Positions 13,984 to 28,913 are shown, numbered from the stretch's first letter. The stretch: 64,000 nt of DNA from the human T2T-CHM13v2.0 reference genome, Homo sapiens (GCF_009914755.1 NC_060931.1); one strand, 5' to 3'. Numbers and translations are program-made. The notes: generated by a model not told the origin, from the letters alone.

Positions 13984-14762
13984 GTTTTTGTTTTTTGGGT
14001 TTTTTGTTTTACTATGGAAATGCTTTAATTGAGGTGTCTTCACAGCATGCCATGTGAAGACACAAAGAACAGCAAGTGCACACATGGTGAGACATGGCTA
14101 TCTGCGAAAAGAGTGTAAGTGAATAAGGAGTTCGTGCCACTTCCATCCTTTACCCAGTGATATGATTTGTCTGTGTCGCCACCCAAATCTCATCTTGAAT
14201 TGTAGCTTTCATAATCCCCACACATTGTGGAGGGACCCGGTGGGAGGTAATTGAATCATGGGGGTGGGCCTTTTGTTTCCCGAGCTGTTCTTGTGATAGT
14301 GAATATGTCTTACGAGATCTGATGGTTTTATAAATGGGAGCTCCCCTGCACAAACTTTCTTGCCTGCTGCCACATAAGATGTGACTTTGCTCCTCCTTTG
14401 CCCTCCACCATGACTGTGAGGCCTCCCCAGCCATGTGGAACTGTGAGTCCATTAAACCTCTTTCCTTTATAAATGACCCAGTTTCGGGTATGTCTTTATT
14501 AGCATGTGAGAACAGACCAATACACCCAGTAACAGAAGGCTCTAAGTCACCTCCTCCTCATCCCACTCCTTAAACGCTCCCTTCCCCTCAGCCGTGGCAT
14601 CATGGTACTGTTGGTAGGCAAACACCAGGTCATTCATATTGCACTTGGCCTCAGTGAACTCCATCTCGTCCATGCCCTCATGTACCAATGCAGGAAGACC
14701 TTGTGTCTGAAAATGGCAGAGAACCACTCCTGAATGGTTGTGTTGCTGATGAAGGTGGCGCT
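13984..14762 (-). pseudogene. 5'-truncated processed beta-tubulin pseudogene (TUBB4B-like), with THE1 LTR in its 3'UTR
   Basis: Minus frames give [27 protein letters not shown] then (frameshift) [45 protein letters not shown]; stop at 14542-14544; 3'UTR resumes at 14157-14011 with ATTAAA (14024-14029) and a degraded poly(A) at 13984-14010. Confidence 0.93.
14158..14524 (+). mobile_element. THE1 (B/C-like) MaLR solo LTR
   Basis: TGATATGATTTGTCTGTGTCGCCACCCAAATCTCATCTTGAATTGTAGC...ACCAATACA; exact 5-bp TSD CCCAG at 14153-14157 and 14525-14529. Confidence 0.93.
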
Positions 14763-15205
14763 GTTCTCTGGAGAAATACACTTTGTACCATCCAAGACTC
14801 TTTGTATCTGGATATGAAAACTGGTGTTTGACATTCATTGTTTTCAATTTTCATTAAGATGGTTGGTGTCAGGTAGAGGCAGCATGAGTGTATCTCTTTG
14901 AAGTGCCTTGATATTGATGTAGTTTTGAATAGCACTTGATTCAAAATGTAGATACATTCATCTGTTTGGAGTGGTCTTGATGGGAAAGTTCATTGCATAT
15001 TAACACACACCATTCAGTATATTTGAATAACTGAGTTTGTATGGGTGAAATATTGAAGTAAACCTGGAAACATAAACTTGGGTGGTAATGCCATATATGC
15101 GTACAATCTGGTGAGTTTGTGTGTATCATACAGCACACTTATTTGGATAACAGTTAAACACTCCTACAGGAATGCTATTTCTCTCTTTCTTTCCCTCCCC
15201 ACTAC

Positions 15206-15207
<2 letters not shown>

Positions 15208-15256
<49 letters not shown>
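15208..15256. repeat. (TG)n microsatellite
   Basis: About 24 uninterrupted TG units. Confidence 0.98.
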
Positions 15257-15258
<2 letters not shown>

Positions 15259-16399
15259 CTCTCAGTGGAACTTGTTCTTAGCAGAAATAAATTTACATAC
15301 TTATTCCAAGCACTATGAGGTTTCTAGTATTGCTCCTGGGACTTGGTTTACACACTGTCCTATTGCCGTAAGGGCAATTGACATTCAAGTTGAATTTGGA
15401 ACTTTTTTCTAAAATGTTGTGGCTACCTGGGATTAAACATTGCTAGGAGGTAGAGATATATAACTCCGAAGAGTCCAGCTGGGGTACACTTTATAAAGAG
15501 TTTGATACAGTCCTTAAACACTATCCTATGCAGAAATACCTTGGGGACATTGAAGAGTACTCACTGCATAACGACAATATTACTACTAAAAGGAAAAATT
15601 CCACCAACACACTGAGCAGAAATCTGTAAGAGCGACTCATACCTAAAACCCAAGAATAGGGAGAGACAAAATGCAATATTATTAAAGGAAACATCTTTTT
15701 CACAGGTTCTGGAGCCTCATTGCTTCCTGCATACAGTGCTTTCCGTGGGAAATGGGAATGTAAGCCTTTCTCCTTTATGTGTCTATTGCAGGAAAAGAGT
15801 GGAGGCAAAGGTTCCTTTCTGCTTCAAAACTATCACCATTGACAACAAAATCCAAAGCAAATATCCCCCTCAAATGAAGAGAATAAGTGTATTATAACTG
15901 AACATTTAGGATGACATTCAAAAATCTCATGATAGAGGCTTGAGGTCAGTGGGAGCCTATTGAAATCCCTTTGAATACTTGCCTATGTCTGTAAGAGTAT
16001 AGAGCTACAGAAAAATGTACACACACGAACATGCACCCTCAGCTCCCTCCACTTCATTCATGCAGCTCCACACTCTACAGACTCCCAGACTGATCCTTTG
16101 CAAAATGGGGCTTCTCAGCAATAGGACCTCTCTCTTTCCTTCCATGCCTTAGAGACTCCAAAGAGAAATCACATGTTTTCTTACAGATAGGCAAAATGAG
16201 TCTCATTCTCTCTCCCTTAAAGAACAAAGCTAAGTAATATCATCTGGCCAGTGGCATCTGATCTGGCTAATAGTAACTGTCAAGACGACCTTAAATACCC
16301 AGAGAACAAAGACTGACAGTGCTTGATGGTGGGTACATCACAGAGAGGATGGGCCTGGATACATTTTTATATACGCTATTCAGTTTCACTATGCATCTT

Positions 16400-18060
<1,661 letters not shown>

Positions 18061-19109
18061 TCTTTCATCTACGCTTTATGTTTTCTTCAGTTTGACTGTG
18101 AGATTTTCTGGCTTAACAATTGTTGACAGCCCACGTGTTGCGTGTGGAATAGTCTAAATTCCCTGTCCTTGCATTTAAGGTCATCTATTATCTGGCCTCC
18201 AATTAAATATATTTTCTAGTAGTTTTAGTGAAGATTTTGATTGTTCGCTGTTGAAAATTCTTATTAACAAATTAGATGAGAGCTGTCTGGTATATAAAAC
18301 TGTCAGATGGATCCTCAACTATAGGACCAGCATCGCGGCATGTCAAGATAATTTTAATCTTGATTCTGTCAACTCTGTTATGTCTCTTTTAAAGTCCCCT
18401 CTAGACTTGTGTCATTGCACATTTGATCAGCATACCTACTGCTTCCTCATTCAAGGTACTGATACAAATGTTGGCCAAAAGGAGTCTAAGAGAATAGCGC
18501 AACAGTTCAATTGCAGAGCCCTGGGCAGACTTAATTGTGTCCACTAATCATTTTGGGTATGATTGTTCAAGTAGTTTTGAATTCATTCTGAAGTTTTGAA
18601 TTCTTACCATGTGCAAGTGTTTTTATTTATTTTAGGATTCGTTGTATCAATCCACAACTTAGCACATGTCCTGGTCTCAACAGGCACTCAATGCCTGCTG
18701 CTTAAGTTTAATTATGGAGGGAACATTGGTGACTGGACTTCAAGTCATAGAAGCAACGTAAGTGGGGCAGAGCTTTACTTTGAATGGTTTTTGGAGCTTG
18801 TCTGTTTTCTATAGTGGGAAACAAGCAAAAACTATATGGAAGAGATCAGCCCACACAATGTGACACAAATGGGCACAAACAAAAGGGATTTAGCAACGGA
18901 CAAAATGGACCAAGATAGTCTCTTAAGCCTAGCAATTGTACAGTTCTGTGACTTATCCAAGGTTACATTTACCCAATAAATGATGGACCTGGAATTAGAA
19001 CCTAGGTCTTATCACTTCTGATCCATCAACCCCCTATACTGTCAGGTTTAATACCATACTTAACATGAAATAGCATGTGAGTCCCACCTAAACTATGTTT
19101 TCTATCTGT

Positions 19110-19490
19110 TTTTAAGCCAAGCTTGCTGTTCACTTTCTGGTTTTGCTGGGCATATACATGAAATGCACTTCCCAGCCTCCCGTGCAGGTAGGGTGGTCAC
19201 GTGACTGATGTGCACTACTCCCAGGCCTGGACCATAAAAACATTCCACATGCCATCATCTGTCTCCTTTCCCCATTAACTGCTGACTTCCTAGAACTGCA
19301 AAGAACAAGAGGAGAAGGAAGCCACTAAATAGAAGAAATTAGATTTCCTTAATGACACATGGAAGGCAGCCTGTCAATCAGGATCACTTCATGTGACTTC
19401 ACGTGAGTGAGAAATAAGCTTCTGTTGTCTTAAGCCACTGAGATTTTGGAGGCTCTTTGTTGAGGCAGGCAAATATTCTAGCAAATGCAC
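19110..19490 (+). mobile_element. LTR16-like ERVL LTR
   Basis: CACTTCCCAGCCTCCCGTGCAGGTAGGGTGGTCACGTGACTG...AATAAGCTTCTGTTGTCTTAAGCCACTGAGATTTTGG. Confidence 0.6.
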
Positions 19491-19669
19491 CTTCAAACTA
19501 AAGCCTCAAATTGGAGTCCAAGAGTAACAATCAAATGGCATAATTTTATTCTTAAGTCACCTATTAAATGATGTCCACTACATTCTTCACTGATAATCTA
19601 GATGTAGAAATTGATATTCTTATAAAATTTAAGGGAGATACAAGCATTTCAGGAACATTTCAGATAAAA

Positions 19670-20350
19670 TAATCTTCAAGAATGTCATAGACCCAGTGTA
19701 ACTTCATATCAGCAAGGTATTTTGAATAAAATGATGAAATAGGGATACCTCTCAATGAATTTAAAACTACTTGAACAATCATACCCAAAATGATTAGTGG
19801 ACACAATTAAGTATGCTGAGGGCTCTGCAATTGAACTGTTGGACTATTCTCTTAGCCTCATTTTGGTCAACATTTGAATCAGTGCCTTGAATGAGGAAGT
19901 AGTAGGTATGCTGATCAAATATGCAATGACACAAGTCTGGAGGGGATTAAAAAAAAAGACATAAGAGAGTTGACAGAATCAAGATTTAGAATTATCTTGA
20001 CATGCTGCAATGCTGGGCCAAGACTAAAAACACAAAATGTAATAAGGATAAATGCAAAGTCTTATTCTTAGGTCCAAAAAAGAATTATAGGGATACAGGA
20101 TGGAGAACATGCAACTTGGCAGCAGTTGATGTGAAAAGGCCCTGGGGGTCTTGTTTGACCAAAAGCTTCATGTGAGCCAACAGTGTGATATGGCTCCACA
20201 AACTTACTGCATTAATGGAAGCATTGTGTGATGATCGTGAGAAGCGTTAGGCTCTGTGCTCCTCAGATGGAATCTGGGACATTATTTTTAAATTCTGTGT
20301 ACATTGGAACAGTGACAAACTAGAGACTATGCAGAGGAGGTGACGAGGAT
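19670..20350 (+). mobile_element. L3/CR1 LINE fragment (RT C-terminal region)
   Basis: ATGCTGATCAAATATGCAATGACACAAGTCTGGAGGG, AATAAGGATAAATGCAAAGTC and ATGTGAGCCAACAGTGTGATATGGC are CR1/L3 motifs. Confidence 0.75.
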
Positions 20351-20499
20351 TGTGAATAAAGATGTCTCCTGGTTCTGCACCCAAGGCATACTGCTGGTAA
20401 CCTTTTTCGTGCTGCACTACTCCTCCAGCTTTGTTCTATGGTCTGTCTTCTCCACTAGACTGCAAGCTCATTAGCAAAGGGATAATAATAGCAATACCA

Positions 20500-20750
20500 C
20501 CAACAATGGTTGGAGTTAGCATTTATTGGATTCTTACCATGTGCAAGGCACTTCTCTAAATGCTTTACACATGGATCTTATTCAATCTTCACAGCAATTC
20601 TATGAAATTATTCTACTAGTGTCCCCATTTTATGGATGAATTGAGGCATAGCGAGGTTAGGTACCTTAGTAAATCTGGGGGTCAGGGCACAAAAATCAGT
20701 CATTTGGACTCTAGGACTGATACTCCTATCCCACATGCTATCTGCCCAAT
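20500..20750 (-). mobile_element. MIR
   Basis: CATTTATTGG...TGTGCAAGGCACTTCTCTAAATGCTTTAC...CCCCATTTTATGGATGAA. Confidence 0.75.
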
Positions 20751-20757
20751 TGAGCTT

Positions 20758-21124
20758 TGTATTATTAGTCCATTCTCACACTGCCATAAGGACACATCTG
20801 AGACTGGGTGATTTATAAAGGAAAGAGGTTTAATTGACTCACAGTTCCACAAGGCTGGGGAGGCCTCAGGAAACTTACAGTTATGGTGGAAAGGGAAGCA
20901 AATACGTCCTTCTTCACATGGCAGCAGTAAGGAGAAGTGAAGAGGGGGAAAAGCCCCTTATAAAACTATCGGATCTTGTGAGAACTCATTATCACAAGAC
21001 CAGCATGGAGGTAACCACCCCCATTATTCAATTACCTCCCACCAGGTCCCTCCCATGACACATGGGGATTATGGGACTACAGTTCAAGAAGAGATTTGGG
21101 TGGGGACACAGCCAAACCATATTA
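20758..21124 (-). mobile_element. THE1 (C/D-like) solo LTR
   Basis: TATTAGTCCATTCTCACACTGCC...GATTTGGGTGGGGACACAGCCAAACCATATTA. Confidence 0.9.
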
Positions 21125-21662
21125 GCTCTGAAACTCTTTGATCTCAAGCACTCAATTCATGTTCAATAGTTTTAATGGGTTTGAGTCAATTAACACATAA
21201 AAACAAAGCTATAGAAAGAACCAAAAAGGCAGAGTTACTCCCTGTACAGGGAGTTGCTTTAGTGCCCAATGCATATTTAAAAAAAAGATATAGATCCATG
21301 AGGTTTTGACACACCTGGGCACCAATGCTAGTAGTCACATGTGCAATAATAATCTGGTGTTTTTTACAGTTCGTTTTTTATTTTCAAAAGCCATTTTTAA
21401 AAACCTGGATGTCCTTTAATCCTCCAAATTGCCTTGTGAATTAAACGTGGCAAGTTAAGAGATGAGGAAACAAACCCTGAAACTTTATGTTTATTCACCC
21501 ATCAGGGTATTTATTCAGCAAACATTCATTAAATGCCTACTATGTTCCAGTCACTATAGCAAGATCACAAGAACTTTGTAAGGTGGTGTTATTGTCTTCA
21601 TTCTACAGTTAAGGATATAGAAGTCCTGAAGACTGCAGTAGCACTAGCACTATGAGGTACTG

Positions 21663-21664
<2 letters not shown>

Positions 21665-21706
<42 letters not shown>

Positions 21707-21711
21707 ACACA
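21665..21711. repeat. (CA)n microsatellite
   Basis: CA run with one GA interruption. Confidence 0.97.
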
Positions 21712-23619
21712 TTTGTGATGTATGTCTTGGCCCCACATTACATTTTTCTCTTTCAATGGGTGGAACTGGAACAGTCATTTCCTTGCTGCTTCATTGTTAA
21801 ATTTCAAAGGTCTGTGCACTGGAAAGGGCTTAAGTGTTATCCAATTAGTAGTTTAGTAATAACTGGGTTCTTGGTTCCCAAGGTGATGTTCTTACCATGA
21901 GATAGGCTATGTGAAAAAACTCAAAGTGACATTCATGCAAAAGAAGGCCATTCCTAACAGTAACGATGAAAATGGAAATAAATGTCTATTAGTAAATGAG
22001 ATCACCCTTGGAGAATGCTTTGAGATCTTTGGGGAAATGTGGTTGGGATGGGGGAGCATGCTGGGACACCTTCCCTCTGTGGGATCCAGACATTCCAGGC
22101 TCCCAGCCTCCCAGCTGTGGAATGTCTTGGAATGTGCTCGAAGTCCTGTGGGCTTTGAAGCCTGGGAGCAGTAGAGATCTGCTGGCAGGGGCTGGTTGGG
22201 GCCCACCTGGGATCTCTGGTGTGGTTCAGCAGCCCCCAGGGCTGGAAGGTGAAGAAACTAATAGGAAATGCAGAACTTGTCACCGCAGGCAGCCCTGAAA
22301 GCAGAGGTCAGCCTGGAGATTAAAGGAGAAACAGCGGTTCCTCTGCCCTTCTTACCAGTATCGAACATCTCAGCATAATTTCCCACAAAGACTGTCCAAG
22401 TGCCTTCCCTTTGCCCTGTCTCCACTGGAAGTTAGCAGTGTAACTAACACCTACCCTTCTTTTTTATAAATGAGCATCATCTCCCTGAGCAGTGTTCTGT
22501 TTCTTTAAGGTTAGGACTGCAGAGAGATTGTGGGAGGTGGCAGGGAAGGCTGGTGAGTACTGATAGTGGGAAGAGAGGTCCACCAGATATGGAGGCTCCT
22601 GGGAACCCTCCCTGCCTACCTTTCTGCCTCAGTTTGTAAAGCCACAAAAGCCAGCCCTTTACAGCAGCCTTTTAAAGTCAATCTAAGATCTTATACTCAT
22701 AGGAAAAGATTTTTGTTTCTTTCCTGGGAGGCCTTAGGGATTTCCACATTTCCCAGCACTTCTCAGAAGAGAGCTAGTGGGAGGGGAAGATGACTGCTTT
22801 AAGTGCAGTTGGCAGAAACTTGGGGATCAGCCCCCTTGGCCCTGGCTTGGTTCTTCCATGAAGAAGCATCTTCAACTTTCATTGCCAAAGGGTGTTTTGC
22901 TTCTGTTGAGGGGAGGAGAAGATAGGAGAGGAAATAAAAGCACAAAAATGAAAAACAAAGAATTCCTGAAGGTCTGATAAGCAGTTCAACTATGCACCAA
23001 AACATAAATATTTGGCCAAATTAGTTACTCCAAATGCTTTATATTTCTAAAATCGAGCCTCAGTTTTGTTATACTTTGAAGTTTTTCAGCTCTTCACAAT
23101 CCTGAGCAAATCTAAGGGGGGTGGGAATTGGAGTTCATTTCCTTCTCTGAGAGCTCAGCAAATACTTAACTTCTTTCCTCTGATGCCTGGTAAAGTGATC
23201 TTGCTGTTTTGTCGAACATCTCTTTCAAAGTGGAGATGTTCTCTGTGCAATGACTCAATTTAGCATTTTGTTAATGAAAGAGACATAAGCAGCATGTGCT
23301 GGATACTATTAGCTTGGAATCAATCAGAAAAGTGTTGCTGGTTATTAAAATATCTGTATCCTAACATAATCTGTGACAGTGTCTGTAGTCTAACTTCTGT
23401 CTACTTTTTGTTGAATTCACCTTTTGAGATTTGCATGACTTTACTTGTGGAGTTTCTCACAAATATAAGACTTAAATCTAGTTTATTTGCACAATCACAT
23501 AGCAGAAATTACTTGTTCCCCGGGGCAGAAGAATTCACATGCGTAAAGTTGAGGTCTATTTTAGTATGATCCTCAAGCAGTTGGTTAATTTCCTCACTGA
23601 AGTCTTCTGATACAATCAA

Positions 23620-23895
23620 TGAAAAATAGCCAATCAGATTAGTTGTTTGTGATCATTTTAAAAATAAGCGGGCTGTGTTAAGGTCTGGATGACAGCGGAC
23701 CCCTCTTTTCCTGCAGCAGCCATGGTCGAGGGGAAGACCGAGGAGAGAAGATGCAAGAACAGGGCCTCAAGGTTAAGCCCTTGGCCAATGGGAAACCTTC
23801 TCTAGTAGCAGCTTGTAGTAATGAGAGAGATTTTTATTAAAGCAGACAATGGGTGTTGTTACACAGAACTGTCGCTTTTCAAGGGGAGGTAAAGT
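23620..23895 (+). promoter_or_regulatory. Candidate promoter: two NF-Y CCAAT boxes, MEF2/TATA-like site, CpG cluster
   Basis: AGCCAATCA (CCAAT 23630-23634); TTAAAAATAA 23658-23667; GGCCAATGG (CCAAT 23785-23789); donor-like GAG|GTAAAG at 23889. Confidence 0.4.
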
Positions 23896-24102
23896 GGCTG
23901 AGGAAATATTCAAGCCTGCTCTCAGGCCTGAAATCTTTTGACTTCATTCTCAGGAGGCAAGACTGGGTCTACCTCTAGATGTCTCTGATGGGATTTAGTG
24001 TGCAGCTTGAAATGCAGGTTGGTTATTTAATGAAGAAAATCAGAAGTCTTGCCTCTTTAAAGTTGGTTTTAAACATTTATTTTATTTTTTTCTATCAGGA
24101 AG

Positions 24103-24105
<3 letters not shown>

Positions 24106-24136
<31 letters not shown>
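24106..24136. repeat. (TG)n microsatellite
   Basis: Direct reading. Confidence 0.97.
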
Positions 24137-24138
<2 letters not shown>

Positions 24139-26832
24139 ATGTGCAGAAAGAATGAGAGAGAGCAAGATTAATTTAATAATTTTATGTATGAAATGTTGGA
24201 CATATTGAAAGCAGAGGAGGTAACATCACATACGTAGATGTTACCTGAATTCCTCCAGAAACCAAGAAAAATTAAAGTAAGCTAATTAAAGTAAGTTTAC
24301 TAGAGCAACATTCTTCACCAAACATTGGCAGAGTCGGCTTGGTTACCATGATAAATACCTGCAAGTCGTTCCCTAGAGGAGCCTCATCCTTTCCTTAGCT
24401 ACACCCTTTGTTTCTGCTCTTCCTTGAAGAGCCTTGGAAGGCTTTTCTCTCTTTGCTCTTGAAAGGGCAGCTGAAATGCCTCTTCTCCAGGAAGCCTCTC
24501 CTGGAGAAAAGAAGCAGCCCACCTTTCTCTGGACTCTCATAGAACTTTACTTCCATGTCTTTCAGGCATGTGTTTAATTGTGCCACGTATCATAGTAATT
24601 TATGTTCAAATTTCTCTAATCACATTTATCTAATCTCTTCTACTGATTTATAAGCTCCATGAAGGCAAGATTTAGGATAGATTTCACTTTGTACCTCCAC
24701 ATGGATTTTAGCACTGTACCTTGCACCTTATAGGCACACAATAAGTGTGTGTTTAATTAATAAAATAAATGCATCCAAACCCACTTCTGCTGTACAGCAG
24801 TAACCTATAACCTAGGTGTTCTTACCAGAGAAGATAAAATTAAAACTCCATTTAAAAAGTTAATCAAATAAATACCTCCCTTATTTTCTCCATCCCAATT
24901 CAGTATCAGGCATCTTAAATTTGGTCAGAATTAGTTGAGTAGTTTAGAGTTTAATGGTTTAAGCAAATATTTTTTCTTTTTCTTCCTTTTCTTTCTTTGG
25001 AACAGATGAAACTTTGCTGGACAAAAAGGAAAAATATCTGGGTGGGAGAAATTGGGTGGGGCCAGTTAAGCCTGCATTCCGCTACTGGATTTAGTTGAAA
25101 ATATCAAGCTGTTTTCAAGAATTCTGGATTAAACTCCCTCCCTCGCATTGTATTCAGGGGTGCCTTCCTTGAAGAATTGAAAGCAGAAAGATTTGGGAGC
25201 TGAGAGTTAAGCTGAACAAAAGGTAACTATTTTAAATCAAAACATCTGCTAGAGAGGTGAATTTAACTTAAATTCCAAGGGGCAATTGCCGTTCAGCTCT
25301 CACCTCATGGACCTATCCTCTCTGATAAATTTTCCCTGGCTACATTAATAAAAGTTCTGGAGGAACTGTCGTTTTGCTATACTTTAGAAATAGCAACTTA
25401 AAATATACTTCACCTTCTTTTAATGTCCCAGAAGTTGTGCCTTTCATCTCCCAATTGTTCTTTATAATACAAGGTATGATGTGGCCTTAATAGATAAGCA
25501 ATTCTTGTTCTTTTTGCTGAGCATCCCAGAGTTTTGGAAGATTTTGGAAACCCTTTTGTTGTGGTGATAGTGGTATTTATTTCTCAACTTGTGATGTATG
25601 GTGTTATCTACCATGGTTGTGTGGGTCGATGAAGCCACTGCTATTAGTTCATGTTGACTGAAGAGAACCTATGGGAAAGGTAGTAGGAAGAGCTTAACTG
25701 GAATTTCCAGAAATGGTGCCTTCAGGAGTCAAAGCTTGGAATCTGTCATTTGAATGCTCTCCCATGCTCTGGTCTGAATGTTTGTGTCTCTTCAAAATTC
25801 ATATGTTGAAATCCTAACTCCAAGATGATAATATTAGAAGATGATGCCTTTGGGAGGTGACTAAATCATAAGGGCCGATTCCCTCATGAATGGGAATGGG
25901 CTGAAGAGAGACACCCCTTGTCCCCTTCACTCTGTGAGGACACAGCAAGAAGGCACTGTCTGTAATCCAGAAAGCAGACCTGCACCAGACACCAAATCTG
26001 CCTTGATCTTGGCTTGCTAGCCTCCAGAGCTGTGAGAAATACATTTTTGTTGTTTATAAGCCACCTGGTTTATGGTACTTTGTTCTGGCAGTCCAAACGG
26101 TCTAAGACAAAAAATTAGTACTGAGAAGTGGGGGTGCTGCTGTATTAAATACTTAAAATGTGGAAGCAGCTTTGGAACTGGATAATGAGTAGAGGCTGGA
26201 AGAGTTTTGAGGTGCATGCTAGAAAAAGCCTATATTGTGGTGAACTAACCATTAAGGGCAATACTGCTGAGGGCCCAGAAAGAAAAAAGGAGAGCTGTAG
26301 AGAAAACCTCAGTCTTTTTAGAGAATACCTAAGTGGTCATGAACAGAAAATGTTAGTAGAAATATGAACGGTAAAGGCTATTCTGATGAGGCCATTCAGA
26401 TGGAAATGAGGAATATGTTATTGAAAACGAGAGAAAAGGCAATTCTATTTTTAAAGTGGCAAAGAATTTGGCTTCTCTGTGTTCTTGTCCTAGTGTTTTG
26501 TGGAAGGTAGAACTTGTGAGTGATGAAATTAAATATTTAGCTGCAACTATTTCTAAGCAAAGTGTTGAAGATGTAGCCTGGTTTCTCTTGACTGCTCATG
26601 GTAAAATGCAAGAAGAGAGAAATGATTTAAAGATGGAATTGTTAATTAAAAGGAACGTAGAGCTTAAAATTTTAGAAGACTGTTAGTCTATTCACATTGA
26701 AAAAATATGAGAAAACTTGTGTGGAAGAGAACAAGGGTGTGGCCAAATGATTATTTGATAAGAAGGTTAGTATAGATTGTCATCTCAATGGAAGCCAGGT
26801 GCTATTAATCAAGATAATTGGGACATTTATCA

Positions 26833-27135
26833 TCTCAGCCCTGGAACCAAAGATAGAAGAAGTGACTCAAGGATGCAGAGCAAGGAATAGGTCTTTGAGA
26901 AAGCAAGCCAGAAGAGTGAGATAAAGTGCAGATGTGGAATGATCCAGCCTCAGAGGATGTTTCATACTAAGGTCAAGATGCACATGGAGCCAGGAACCCA
27001 GGTGCTCATTCTGACAGTGTGAAAGAATTCTGTTTCGCCAACCCTAGAGGGAGTTGTTCAAAGTTCCAGAAAACAGCAGTAAGATTCGTGATGCCAAGGA
27101 AGGGTGGACTATGTATTTCTGTAATTTAATTTAAA
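26833..27135 (+). repeat. Copy A of a ~300-bp local direct duplication (inside MLT1A-int)
   Basis: TCTCAGCCCTGGAACCAAAGATAGAAG...GGACTATGTATTTCTGTAATTTAATTTAAA aligns with 28914-29493. Confidence 0.92.
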
Positions 27136-27993
27136 TGAAACCCAGGACCTATTGTTCGAGACAATGGATTAAGAATGACTCAGAAAGCATTGTGGAGATC
27201 ACTGGGGCTGCCCTTCCCATCATAGGTCCTGGAGTGCAGAACAATATCAAAGGAAGGCCATCGCTGCCCAGAGCAGCCTTATATCAGGGGCTCTACTCCC
27301 TGCACTCCATGCCTGTGCCCCGTGGCTGCCCCAGGGCCAGCTTAGGTGGCTCCAGTGCAGCATGCTTGGCACCCAGCAAAGCCATGGGGGCATGGCTGCC
27401 TCTACCTGGATTACAAAGAATGCCCTGGAAAGCCATAGGCCCAGGCAGACAAATACCACAAAGGTGGGGCCACCATAGAGAGTCCCCACTAAGGCAATAC
27501 CCAGTGGAACCATGCGAGTGGGGACACCACAGAGACCACAGACCAGTAGAGCCCCTAGCATGTGATTCCCATCTGGGAGAACTGCAGGCACTCAACTCCA
27601 AACAGAGAGAGCTGTGCCATAGGCTACACCTGGAAAATCTATGGTGGCAGGGCTGTCCAAGGCCATGAAGGCAGGCAAAGCTGCAGAGGTAGGACTGCCA
27701 TCCCAGTGGGTCTGCAAGGCAGGACCTCTGCCCCAGCACCTAGACAGTGGAACACTGAGCCAAAAAGATTATGCTTAAGCATTAAGATTTTGGACTTGCG
27801 CAGAACTTGCCACTTCTTTCTTTACTATTTCTCCATCTTGGAATGGGAATATCTAGCCTATGCCTGTCCCATCGTTTTATTTTGGAAGCACTTAACATGT
27901 TTAATTTTAAAGGTTCACAGCTCAGGATGGATAGTACCTGCGGTCTCACCCACATCTAATTTGGATGACATTTAGATGAGACCCTGGACTTCA

Positions 27994-28483
<490 letters not shown>

Positions 28484-28913
28484 TCAAGGTGACGGTATTA
28501 TGAGGTACTGCCTCTGGGAGGTGATTAGGTCATCAGGGCAGTCCTCATGTATGGGATTAATGCCCTCATCAAAAAGGCTAGAGGGAGACCCCCACCCCTT
28601 TCACCATGTGAGGACACAGCAAGAAGGCACTGTCTATAGGCAGAAAGCAGATCCTCACCAGACCCTGAATCTGCCCTGAGTTTGGACTTCCCGACTTCGG
28701 GAGCTGTGAGAAATACATTTTCATTATTTATAAGCCACCCAGTTTATAGTATTTTGTTGTGGCAGCTCAAATGGAATAAGACAACCCAGTTTGGACTTTC
28801 TGGAAAGAGGAATCTAGTGAGAAATAATATTTCAAGAAGTGGAGATTAGTCTAATGAGGCCCAATGAATGAAAAGAGAAAAGGGACTTATTTGTTTGTCT
28901 TCAAAGGAACACC

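Noticed and set aside
13961-13984. Possible TSD of the tubulin retrocopy (CTGTTTACTG vs CTGTTCTCTG at 14761)
   Set aside because: Too degenerate to call.
27135-27975. Longest ORFs (177, 148, 137 aa)
   Set aside because: They lie in the GC-richer MLT1A internal region, overlap on both strands, and show no recognisable domain.
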